From the NCBI GenBank assembly GCA_003971905.1, contig RSEE01000003.1, positions 744,001-808,000 on the forward strand: DNA of 64,000 nt, read 5' to 3'. This document shows positions 53,260 through 64,000 of this stretch, one piece after another. Under the pieces are notes generated by a model. The model had not been told where the DNA came from and did not search any database. It worked only from the letters and a program-made list of their open reading frames with translations. The first letter of the stretch is position 1. Each line of letters starts with the position of its first letter. The DNA is from Moniliella sp. 'wahieum' (lineage: Eukaryota). A program made the translations under genes and the position numbers.

Positions 53260-55681
53260 ATCATACCGCCATTGGACGTAACCACGATTCTCGCGCCAGA
53301 AGGAACGGGGGTTCTGTTCAGATCAAATGTATATGAAACAGCATGCGTGGTGCGAGCCAAACTCAGATCTCAGAACACAACACGCGGTACGGGTACGGCG
53401 CAGAGGGCAAGCACATCGTTGTTTGGCATGCGCCGGGCCAAATTGCTAGAATGGGTGCATGAATGAACGTCATGACACGAACTCTGTACCACCTTCCAAC
53501 GTTTGCCATATATGGCCATGGATATGGAGAGGTCAACTTGGCCGTTGAGTTCAACACATTCAACGTTCCAACTTGGATCAAAAGTGGACTGTCACTGCCT
53601 TCAATTGTTACGTGCCTTCACTTGTTACATGTCAGTGTTGGTGTTAGTCTGCTTCGATTTGGTTGCCTCAAGGCGTGTAACACATGATGTAACACGTATT
53701 AAATGTAGTTCATGAACATGTAATCGATAATCATTTATCGATTCCGTGTGTAACGCGCAACAGTAGCCATATGGTCTTGGAGGGTGTCGGGCTCGCGCTC
53801 CGTTGGCATTGAAGACGTTGAACTTGAAGGCCCTAAACGCTTGAAGCCAGGCGCTGAATAGCTTTTGATGCTCACTACCTCCCTCAAATTTCAACGTCTA
53901 ACGTTAGCGCTTAACGTCTGTGTGAACGTTGAATGTCCAGGCTTCAAGCTTCACGCTTAGCTCAAGTCTTATCGATCAAACCGTCGATGTGGGATGGGAA
54001 AGAGTGTGGAGCAAGCACTGGTGTGTGACATGTGAGCGGCTGAGCGGCAGGCACAGCGGAAGCAAGACACGAGCTGAACCATCGTCCTACTCGCAAATCC
54101 TGAAGAGTATTATACCGAGTGTGGGGAGGCACCCTTACACGTTGCCAAGTCTTACAACGCACCATGCCACTAAATTCCGCTGTGGAGAGGATGGCCGATG
54201 AGGATCGGGTGGCACAGCTATGGAGTAGCGGGAGAGTACAGCTGTGTGAGCATGGGTCACCGGTCAGGATTGATGAGACCTGGAGTCCTGAGGCCTGATG
54301 GTCCTCGAGGGTGAGCAATCGCACTGGTGGTAGTGGTCTAAGGCAACCATCAACGCCTACAGAGGAACGCAGCGAGTCGCCGCCAGGGCTAAGCTGCGGA
54401 ACAATGAAAAAGCAGGAGAGAGAAAACAACGGAACTCCCACAGGTCTGAGGAGGAACTGAAGGGCACCAAAGCACGAGCCACCGATGGCTCAAGAAGGAT
54501 ACTGACGAGGTGCGTGTATGCAATACCTTCTTAAATTATACCGATTGTTGAGTTGTGAGTGTGTATACACACCTCGGCCTCAGGCCTCAAGCTTCAAGGT
54601 CAAGTCGCGGCCTTCTCTCGTCTTCACGGAGTTATTACTCAATAGTGTTACAGATCAATGTGGCGTAGTGCATAGCGGGCTGGCCTGATCGATGATCGGC
54701 CTACTAACGCACAGCGCAGCTTTGACGACACAGCTCGGAGCCACAACTATGGAGGGAGGTACAGCTACCTGAGACTCAGGTTGGAGCAAAGGGAAGCACG
54801 TGTTTAATAGAGCGAGACCGAGAAGATACTCCTCTCGAATCCCAAGTCGCGCCCCACGCACGCTCCCCATTATTCTCTCCTAGGTCTTCGTCTTTTCTGC
54901 CGAGGCGTGTGATAGTAATTACTTGGACATGTGAGCTGGTGAAATCTGAGATCTCTCTTTCGATACGATGAATGTTGATCATTCGATCATCAATCGACCA
55001 TGCCAGACCACCAACGAGAGGCATTTTGATGGTAGGATGCAATAAGAGGAGAGTTGTGTGTTATTGCAGTACAAACTGATGGTATCTACATAAGTTTTGA
55101 CGTTATATCGGCGAAGGTGTAACTGCAATGAAGATTAGGCCCATAACAGCCACAACCCATGCACAGTTCTTGGTTACAAACTATTTTGGCTTCCTGCATA
55201 TATGCAATGCAATCACTGATGCAAGAGGGATGGCGAGCTGTGAGCACGCCGGCAGAGCCGGAACGCTGGGTGGGGCGCCACAGGCTATAGGGCTGTGTGG
55301 TGTGGGAGCCCGCATTCAGAGCTCGGAATGAATATGCGAGGTACAGCATACTACTAGACGTGAGTGGTGCGCTGCGGTTTGCTTTACATGCTTCCAGTCC
55401 GCCCTCTCTCCTTATCGAGTACAACGCCCTGGCGATCTTTTCACTAGCCCCGTTGTGGGGGCAGATGTGGATCTCCCTCTCGTCGAGACCCGTACCAACA
55501 ACGAATGACCTAGCACCCCCGGCTTGCATATATATACCCAATTCACTCCGCAACCCCTTGCTATTGCTCACCACCCTTCTTCTTTTCAATCTCCCCCTTC
55601 CCACTCTTTGTTCTTCGCGGCCGGACCGCCTTTCTTTCCCAGCACTCCCCCTCTCTCATCGCCTTTCTTCCATTCATCATT

Positions 55682-57992
55682 ATGGTCAAGGCTGTGGCTA
55701 CACTGCTCTGTGGCTAGTAGCCTAGCCAGCATCAGTGTCACTGATGCCAGCTCCCTCTACGCCCCTGCATGCTCATCTTGCTCGCCGCCAAGGCGGCCCT
55801 GCTGCCATTCCCGCAACTGGGTCCAGGAATCTCTCGCCCATCCCGACGATGCTGTCAAGTTTACTATTGCGCAAGGGAGAGAATTTCCATCAACTTGCCG
55901 ACAAGATGAACCAGATTTCCCATGAGGGAAGGGAAACTGCTCTCGGATGAGGAAATGACCAAGTACACTTCCCCATCGACGCAAGACAAGAAAGCGCTGG
56001 TCGCTTACCCAGAAGCACGGCATCAAGTCAGGACGTCACCTGGTCCAAGTACGGGACCACGCCACCGTCACTACCACTGCTGGCACCACCAGCAAGCTTT
56101 TAACCAACCTTCGCTCTACCGATTCAACAATACCGCCGTTAACCAGATGTCGATCAAGGCTCACTCTCTCAACATCCCCCCGCATCTGTCTAGCATTGTC
56201 GAGCACGTTCTAATCTGACCTCCTTCAAGCCCGCTCCGTCTACCCGTGGGGCCAAACTAACGCCCCTCTCCCCTGCTGCTGCACAGCGTCTCGCCCAAGG
56301 GGATGCGATCCGTCGGGCGTCACGGGCAAGTGTGCTTCGTTCCTTGTACGGGTAGACAAGTACACCCCTTCTGGTAAGGGGTCTACATTCCCCTCATGAT
56401 TCTTGGCTTCAGTAACGAATATGCTAGCAGCGTGAGTATTCTCTCTTAAATGATGAGTGTGGTGGAGATCATTTCCTCTATCTGTGGACCTACTCCTGTG
56501 GTTTTATACTGACATCTTCTTCATCAAACCAGTCCGATCTCAAGTCCTACCTTCAGCAGTTTGGTCCTTCCGGCTCAGAAAACACCCAAGTGAAGTTCAT
56601 GGGTGGCGGTGGCGGCCAGAACGACCCGAGCCAGCCGGGCACTGAAGCTTCGTTGGATGTGCAGGTTTCGGCTGTGATCAACTACCCGCTGACCAACACC
56701 TACCTTTACTACAACGAGAAGGATGGGATGTTTGACGAGCGTTGCAGTATGTCCTGGACAAGGGTCTGAAGCCGGGCGTGATCACCATCTCGTATGGCTA
56801 CTCCGAGTCCCAGGCAGGCCAGTCCCAAAACCAGCACACTTGCAAGCTGGTTCAACAACTTACGGCCCAGGGCACGACAGTGATCTCGGCTTCTGGCGAT
56901 TCGGGTGTGGAAGGAGTGCAGTACTCAGGCGAAAGTTGCTCCAATGGCTTTGATCCCACGGCGCCAGGTACCTGCCCTTACGTTCTTTCCGTGGGTGCGA
57001 CCAAGAACCCGAGCGTGGGCGCAGAAACGGCCGTCGCCTGGGGCGGTGGCGGCTTTTCCAATGAATTTTCCACCCCCGACTACCAAAAGTCGGCCGTCAA
57101 GACGTATCTCGGCAAGCTTGGGAGCAAAAACCAAGGAAAGTTCAAGCCCACCGGCCGCGCGTACCCTGATGTTGCTGCCATGGGCCAAAACTTGGTGCGT
57201 CTCATTTATTTTTGCTTCCCCCTTGACAGAAGCATAGAGGTGTGCTTTGAACGGTTTTTGTCTGACCCTCTCCTTCCTATCTTGTCAACTTTTCTCTAGG
57301 TGATCGTCTCAGGCGGCCAACAGAATACTGTACTCGGCACCTCGGCCAGCGCACCCATCTTTGCTTCTCTTCTTTCGCTAGCCAACGATGCTCGTCAAAA
57401 GAATGGGAAAGGACCCATCGGCTACGCTCACCCTACTCTCTACCAATCGGCCTCCTCCTTTACCGACATCACCTCGGGTCAAAACGCTGGGTGCAATGGG
57501 GACCCTACGCAGCAATCCCGCCGCAGCCTCCCTGCCCGCCAGTTTGGTAGCGGTAGTGGCAGTGGTGGAGGTGGAAGTGGCGGAGGTGGAAGCGAGCTTG
57601 GATTCCCTGCTACTCAGGGCTATGATGCGGTCACAGGGCTTGGTACCATCCAGGTGTCCAAGTTGGTCTCTATCTTGTCTGGTGCCTCGGGCTCCAATCC
57701 TGGCTCCGGATCGGGTGGCAACCCCTCTGGTGGAGGTTCAGGTTCGGGCGGTGGCAATGGTGGCGGTCAAGGTTCGCAGGGAGGTGGTCAAGGTTCGCAG
57801 GGAGGTGGTCAAGGTTCGCAGGGAGGTGGCCAAGGCTCCCAGGGAGGCGGCCAAGGCTCCCAGGGAGGTGGCCTGGGCTCAATGGGAGGCTTCGGGAGCT
57901 TCTTTGACAACTTTGACAAGAACTTTGACAATGGGGACGTGGGCGACTTCAGCAGTCTGTTTAAAGGCGCCCGAACAGTTAGCCTGGGTTAA
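55682..57992 (+). CDS. Secreted sedolisin / tripeptidyl-peptidase (S53) with a Gly-rich tail; introns about 56432-56532 and 57195-57299
   Basis: Hydrophobic N-terminus and prodomain; EASLDVQ, SYG, SGDSGV, GRAYPDVAA, GTSASAP, YDAVTGLG. Confidence 0.93.
57762..57870 (+). repeat. 21-bp coding tandem repeat x5 encoding GGQGSQG
   Basis: ggtggtcaaggttcgcaggga-type x3, then gg.ggccaaggctcccaggga x2. Confidence 0.95.
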
Positions 57993-58709
57993 GACGCTGA
58001 TGGGAAGACCTTTTCCATGCTCCATTGGCCCCCGGTTCTCCTTGAAAACCTCATTACAGGTCTCATAATACACGGCAATCTCTCTGAACCCCGTCGCCTA
58101 ACAACATACACTCCTACCCCGTTCTTTTATCTAAGAAACCCCTATGTTTCTCCTTTGTTGGTGGAAGGGCACTGCTGGCAGTTCCCCCTCCACCTTGCAG
58201 TTCTTCATCTCTACGCTGCATATGGCCTTCTAATATGCTGATGCCCCTGACCCACATCTCTTTTCAAGAATAGTTTACGGGGGCATCTTCTTTCTTTTTG
58301 TCCTTCAATTATGTCCTTGTCGACCTTTATGGGCCTCCAGCCTTATCGACCTCATCCTGTTGGTCATTGCCACATAGCGGTTACCTCAAATGATCAGAAA
58401 GAGACTGGCTCGGATGTGGGATTTGAATCCATCACCTTTTACTCCATCAGGTCTCCCTTGCACTGCGAGGGAGACGTACAGCCACCATATATATAAGAGT
58501 CACAGGGGTGCTTCTGAGCTGCAGGATTCTAACAATCGCATCCATCTCTTCTGCTAGCTCTGCTTGTGCTTATGCGCTTGTGTTAGTAGGAATCTGAATC
58601 TCGAAAATGTTACGGCCAGTCCGAATCCTACATTAGACTCATTTAATAGACTGTTCTGCATCCATATCATTGACAGAGCTTAAGGCTTGGACCAAGAGAA
58701 ACGCTCTAC

Positions 58710-60680
58710 TGCACGTCCATTTCATTGGCAGACTTAAGAAGGCTGGGACAGGGGGAACGCTACATCTAAACCTAACCGTTCATCTTGCGGGGGTTACTTA
58801 GGGGCGCCACCAGGGTCAAGGAACCAGGGGGATCGCCAGGATATCAGGACCCTCCGGCTCACGCCATCCGGTCCCGTACCCTAGGAAGCGCGTATGGACA
58901 CGGAGGAACGTGGTTGACATCCGAGCGAGGAACCATTTCCACTGAGACTTAGTAGCCAACTCCTTCCAATGCGCAAACAACTTGCTCGCCGTCTTGGTGC
59001 CGTAGTATCCTCGCGTCGTCAAAACCAGGGGGAAAAACGTCTCTTGAGTGCGTCCCTGGTACTTGGCGTTCTTCTCGCATTCTGCTTGTTCAAGCATCCG
59101 AAGCAGCTCCTTCTCCCGGCGTTCCAAGGGGGTTGCGGTGCTCGCATGCACCACCCTCCGGAACGCGCTCTGCGCTGCCAGTGATCCCGTGTCGCGCAGC
59201 GTGTGGTGGAACTCCATTCCTGATCCTCCGAGTGCTCCGGGTCCCATCACGCGGTAGTCAGTGCGCTGTGTCCTCTGTCTCCGGCCATCCTCGTCCTCCA
59301 CCATTGGTTCGTTGTGGACATGGGTGTCGGGAATGGAGCGTAGGAGAGCTGGAGAATGGGCTCCCGCACTGCGTCATGCAACGCTCCAAACTTGGCCTGG
59401 GAGCGAGTGCAATACATGATGTGCTCCAGCGAGGACATGACACCGCACTTGCACATGCTGCGCGTGGTGCGGCACAGCGAGCGGAGCTGGAGACCAACCT
59501 GGACCTGGTGGTCGGAGAGCCTGAGGTACGGGACGGACGGAATGGCGGAGAGCCAGTTGTGGCTCAGCGGGTTGCTGTGCTCAACCACGTGACGACCATC
59601 GGCAGCGTCCAGCTTCTGGAGCAGCTCCTGTCGACTTTTCTCCCACATCTCGCGGCAGCGCTGGCGTTGCTTCGTAAATGCGTTGGCCTCTGCTGTTTGC
59701 GGTCCCGAACGGTCAACATAAGTGGTAATAAGATAGTCGTTGACCTCGTTGGCCGCGGCACGGGCGTGGGGCGCGATATAAGAGTAGAGCGGGCTGCCGC
59801 ATCCTCCTAGCCGGAGAGGCAGGCTCATGAGCATGTCGAAGTGGTCGTCCTTGGCACCTTGGGGATCCTCGTCGCCCCGGATCCGTCGGAACTCCGTACA
59901 GATGAAGGCATCGATCTCGGCCAGCACTTCGTCTAGCTCTCCTTCCATCTGCATGGTGCGGAGCAGGTGGCGCAGCTTGGTCTGAGTGCTGAGCCGCCAT
60001 AGTAAGAGGCGTCCCTGGCGGGTGATGCCATCAAACTTAGGCATGTTCTCCCTCAGACTGGCCAGTTGGGCCCGGAGCCACGATCGACGACAGTCTACCC
60101 CTCCCACACACGTGCCCAGAACCTGCAGACCATCCTCCCGGATCTGGTCCCGGTCCCGCTCGACGCACTTGCGCAGGTTGAGCTTGAGGCCTGACGCGTC
60201 GTCTTCCAAAATCTCGGCAGCTTGGCCGGTAATGCCTGGCTCTGGACCGAAAATGGTAATGTCGTCCAGGTATGCCATCACCAGGTGCCCCGGCGGCAGA
60301 GCAATGCTCAACTTCTCTAGCGTGGGCCGCACTGCGATGGAGAAGAAAAAGGGGGCGAGGGGGTCGCCCTGCCGCACGCCCTCTGCCGACAGGACGCTGG
60401 TCTCATTTCCGCCCGACGCAACCCAAAGCTGGGTGGGGGAACCATAGATCCACCGGCCCAAGGTGAGGAGGTGGGGGGCGTAGGCATGGAGCGCCTTGGC
60501 GAGTGTGCGACGGCGCACAGTGTTGAACGCGTTGGTAAAGTCGAGCATGGCGACGTGGCTGAAGTCGCCCATTTCCGCATCGTTCTCCCCGCCTGGCGCT
60601 GTCATGCGCTCGACCATCCGCACGATAGGCTCCACCCCGTTTTGCGATGCTACTCCCAGCTGGGTGGGGAGAAGCCAGCT
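58710..60680 (-). mobile_element. 5'-truncated non-LTR retrotransposon, CRE/Cnl1/MoTeR-like (RT, CCHC and restriction-like endonuclease)
   Basis: QLGV...GVEPIV, LDFTNAFNTVRR, GVRQGDPLAPFFFS, AYLDDITI, LPLRLGGCG, CKCG....EHIMYC...HDAVR, RTD...EKNAKY...FFPLVLTTRG. Stop at 58816 and about 105 nt of 3' UTR. Confidence 0.92.
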
Positions 60681-62094
60681 AAAGCTCTACTGTATAAAGC
60701 GCTCCCATATCCTGTTTTACCTTATTGACTGTGGTCCACCGGCTCACAGTCGGTAGACCAGAGGTTCACCTCGCGGTTCCATCTGCTTCCACGCTGGAGG
60801 TACCGTGCTAGCGTGACGCTGTCTCCGTTCCCTGGTCCATTCTCCCATGATGCATGATGCATGAGTAGTAAAGGGCCCTCCTCTGCGTGTCTTGCCTTTT
60901 ACCAGTGTATATAGATGCTTCTTCTGTACCCAGATCCAAATTTGTGTCACACCTCAACGACCTCATCGACTTGTACTGCCCATCTGGCTCACTAGGCCAC
61001 ATATACAACGTGGAGGCAAGAGAGAGATGGGATGGGTGCAGGTCAAAAGTTAATTATATGCAAGATCAAGATCGAATCTGAGGTGAGCGCATCCCGGCTG
61101 TGGAGAGGGCACATAGGCCATTATCGATTTTCAAGGAGAAGGAGGAGAATGGATGACGTGATGCTTCTGCAGAGGCTATCTCAGAAGGGTACTAGGAGGG
61201 CCTCTCAGATTTCATACCGAAAAGTCGAGGGTACTGCGGAGCCGCGGGAGCGTCCGGGCCGACAAGAGAGGGGTGATGCCGGTGATGCCTATAACGCAGA
61301 ATGACATGATTGGGGGCATCCTCTACTATAGCTGGCGCCGAGAGCCCTGACATTGACGCCCCTGAGCCTGAAGCTAATCCAATCTTGATTACAACAGGGA
61401 AAGGAAAAGAAGGTAAGGAGCGATGTCGATGAGGCGGCCTGAGGCCTGAGGATGCGCACGATGGGGGATGTATTTTGGACAATATGTGATGTGACGGGAC
61501 GTACGTTACGCGTTACGCATACCCGTTTTCTTGGTTTTCTTGGCATGATTTGACAGACTATATAAGACCAACTTCAATTTCTCTTTCTCTTTCTCCGTCT
61601 CCCTCTCTCATGTGGTACACTGCAACGTACTATTATAGAGGAACGTCATGACATGGCCGCTGTGGATCAGTACGGCTGTGGCGGAAGAAACCTCGATCAG
61701 TTTTGAAACACAGTTGTGTGCCTCTATATATGCATTCTTTTGTACAACAAGCGGATATCCGGGCGGATCCACTGAGTACTGAGGTACTGAGGAGCAGCGC
61801 TGAGATTCAGGCACAACAGGATGGGATGGAGGAACGGATGTGCTGTTGGTTATGAGCTGACCCATTGCAGCTCCTCTGTCACATGTCACTAGTCCCTAAC
61901 ATGTGGCACGTCCTCGCAACGCCCTGTCCAAAGGCGACTGCCTCTGCCATGATGCATGATGTGGTCGACACGTGACACGTGACGCGTGATGCCGGTGACG
62001 TTCTCGGTGATATATCATGCATCATACACATCATGCAACCATGCATCATGCGACATAGCATGCACAGGATGCATGATGAATGATCGACAGGGAC

Positions 62095-62325
62095 TGTCAC
62101 AGTTTGGCTGAATCAGCGGGAGCTCTCAGACTGAGCTCTCCGACCCCGGAGCTCCCACTTCCACTTCCTGTCTCGAGCGCCTGGCTCTTTTCCTGTTATT
62201 CTGCTTCGCGCCGTGTCCTCGGCGCTCGCTTCTTCCCCACGAACGCTTGCTACATTCCCTTCCCTTGTCTCGGCTCTCGTCCCCCTCGTTTAGAGCTCGC
62301 GTAGCGCTGAGCCCCGACTGTGACA
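62095..62325 (+). mobile_element. Solo LTR related to the chromovirus LTRs
   Basis: TGTCACAGT...ACTGTGACA 9-bp terminal inverted repeat. Shares ccacgaacg and ccctcgtttag with the 21.6 and 26.9 kb LTRs. Flanks gggac/ggtat match only 3 of 5. Confidence 0.8.
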
Positions 62326-63444
62326 GGTATAGATGACCATCGATGAGGTGGAACACCGGCGCTTGGCCAGCCACCCTTATCAGTGATGTCTGGCCATGAT
62401 CGGTGAAGCCAAGACCAATAGAGACTGTGCTCTTGCCAGGAATATGGCGAATGCGGGGAAGGGAGATTCCGACACTGCCTCCAAGCCGGGTGGGTTAGCG
62501 GCATGGAACACACTTCCCCTGTGCACATAGCCAGACACACTCGGTCCCCATTACTCAGTCTTCAAGCTTCACCTCAGTCCTTAGGTCTTATTAGGTCTTC
62601 ATACTCGCTGTGTGTTGGAGGGTACCCTGGAGAGGAACAGTATGACATTCCGATGCGCCTGAAAAAACCAATCCACACGCAGTACAGTATAGGTGAACCC
62701 TACGGATGAAGAGCGATTCTCGGCAACGAGATGCGGTTCTCCTTAATGGACCTTGAAGCTTGAACTCATTACGCGCACATGTTTCTCGCAAATGATATAG
62801 ATGGCTCCCTTAGGCATGTGCATGATGACTTGGATGTGATTGATCTGCATGGTGGATACCGAGGTAATCTTACGCTGCCGCCTCACTCAGGGAGAGTCGG
62901 GACAGCTGCACTTGAGCCATACCAGATACCAGGGCATACCATTGGGACACCAAGGAGAGGAGAGAACAATCGTATCCTTTCCCATCATGCATCATCTGCA
63001 TCACATATCACACAAAATGCCAAGCCTCAGCAGGACTGTTTTTACAAGGCATGACTGTGCCTGCCCTCGATCATCCTCGGCCCGAGGGAACTACCTCGTA
63101 CCTAACACGTAACAACAGAGCACTTCGTTAAGCCCACAGGATCACAAGATATAGAGATGAATCATTAATCATCATAATATGCCAACTACATCCATAGTGC
63201 TCTTTCTTGTTCCGAAAGCACATCCGACGAGGAGCTACAGAGAGAGACGCAGTTATATATATAATGCTCTCCCTTGCCGTGTAAGTTCGGTTATACCCGC
63301 GCCCTCTTCCTTTCTTGTCCACCTCTTTTGAACAACCCCACTTTACCCTTCTCCCAACACACTCTCTTTCCTGCTTCGCTGGAAGCACCGTACCCGCACA
63401 CTCTTTTCCCTACACGCTCTTTGACACGCATACACGTTTTCTCT

Positions 63445-64000
63445 ATGCGCGCTTTTCTCTCCTCCCGTTGCTTGCGGGCGTGATTCTATCATCACTGGGC
63501 TTCGCGGATGCATCCTCCATGACCAAGAGAGGTGTGTCGCGCGCAAATCGGCACAATTTCCTAAACCCACGGGATGATTACCCTCCACCACTGCAAGACC
63601 CCTTCTATCATCGCCCGCACAACCTGAGCCAGTACCATCCCGGTGACGTTATTCGTTCCCGCAAGATCATTCCCACCATGATGGGGATTGAAGGTAAGGT
63701 CGGAGACACCTACCAGATCTTTTACCGTACCACCAACGCCGACGGTCACCCGTCTTCGACGGTCACTACCGTTATCCGCCCCAAGCAAGGCGGGCCTCCC
63801 AAGATGCTGTCTTACCATCTTTGGGAGGATGCTGCTCAACGCGACTGTGCCCCTTCCTACACTGTTCTCAAAGGAAACGCCTCCCCAACGTGAAGGTTGT
63901 CGGTATGTTCTTCTTCCCAGGCCCTTAAATTTAACCTGCTCTTATTCGATTCTGACCTCGACCAAACACGGTTCGTTTACGCATCAACAGGGGATGACGT
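63445..64000 (+). CDS. Secretory lipase (LIP / CAL-A-like family), 5' part
   Basis: Signal-like N-terminus, PPLQDPFY..P.NL....PGDVIRSR, YQIFYRTT, TVTTVIRP, LSY...ED......CAPSY; intron from about 63903. Confidence 0.88.

Noticed and set aside
57550..57595. (G4S)-like linker suggesting a synthetic construct
   Set aside because: Embedded in an intron-containing native gene with no vector features.
60888..60906. CTTGCCTTTTACCAG, identical to U5 snRNA loop 1
   Set aside because: The flanking stem pairs for only about 2 bp and no other U5 features are evident; probably chance (an Rfam U5 scan would decide).

Overview
Eukaryotic fungal DNA, most likely a basidiomycete (Tsp2-type tetraspanin, GT-AG introns; Ustilaginomycotina-like by impression only). 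Conserved genes carry many 1-nt indels, which probably reflect long-read assembly error rather than pseudogenisation. Genes: Tsp2 tetraspanin, ARF1, a Zn2Cys6 factor, a Mug190/tricalbin-like SMP+C2 protein, HMT1, CCDC25/Jlp2-like, SPT3, a Gti1/Pac2 (WOPR) factor, a Dbf2/Sid2 kinase, a dienelactone hydrolase, tRNA-Gln(CTG), HEM14, an S53 sedolisin and a partial secretory lipase. Mobile DNA: a two-LTR Ty3/Gypsy chromovirus with a 5-bp TSD and a Tf1-type self-priming PBS, a related solo LTR, Copia and Gypsy relics, and CRE/Cnl1-like non-LTR copies, one apparently nested in the 3' UTR of an older copy of its own family. The strongest unexplained signal is intergenic: clusters of 7-bp-period arrays in which TCA/TGA recurs every 7 nt and the 4 nt between are palindromic. 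At least 12 different A-N4-T hexamer cores occur, sometimes switching in phase within one array.
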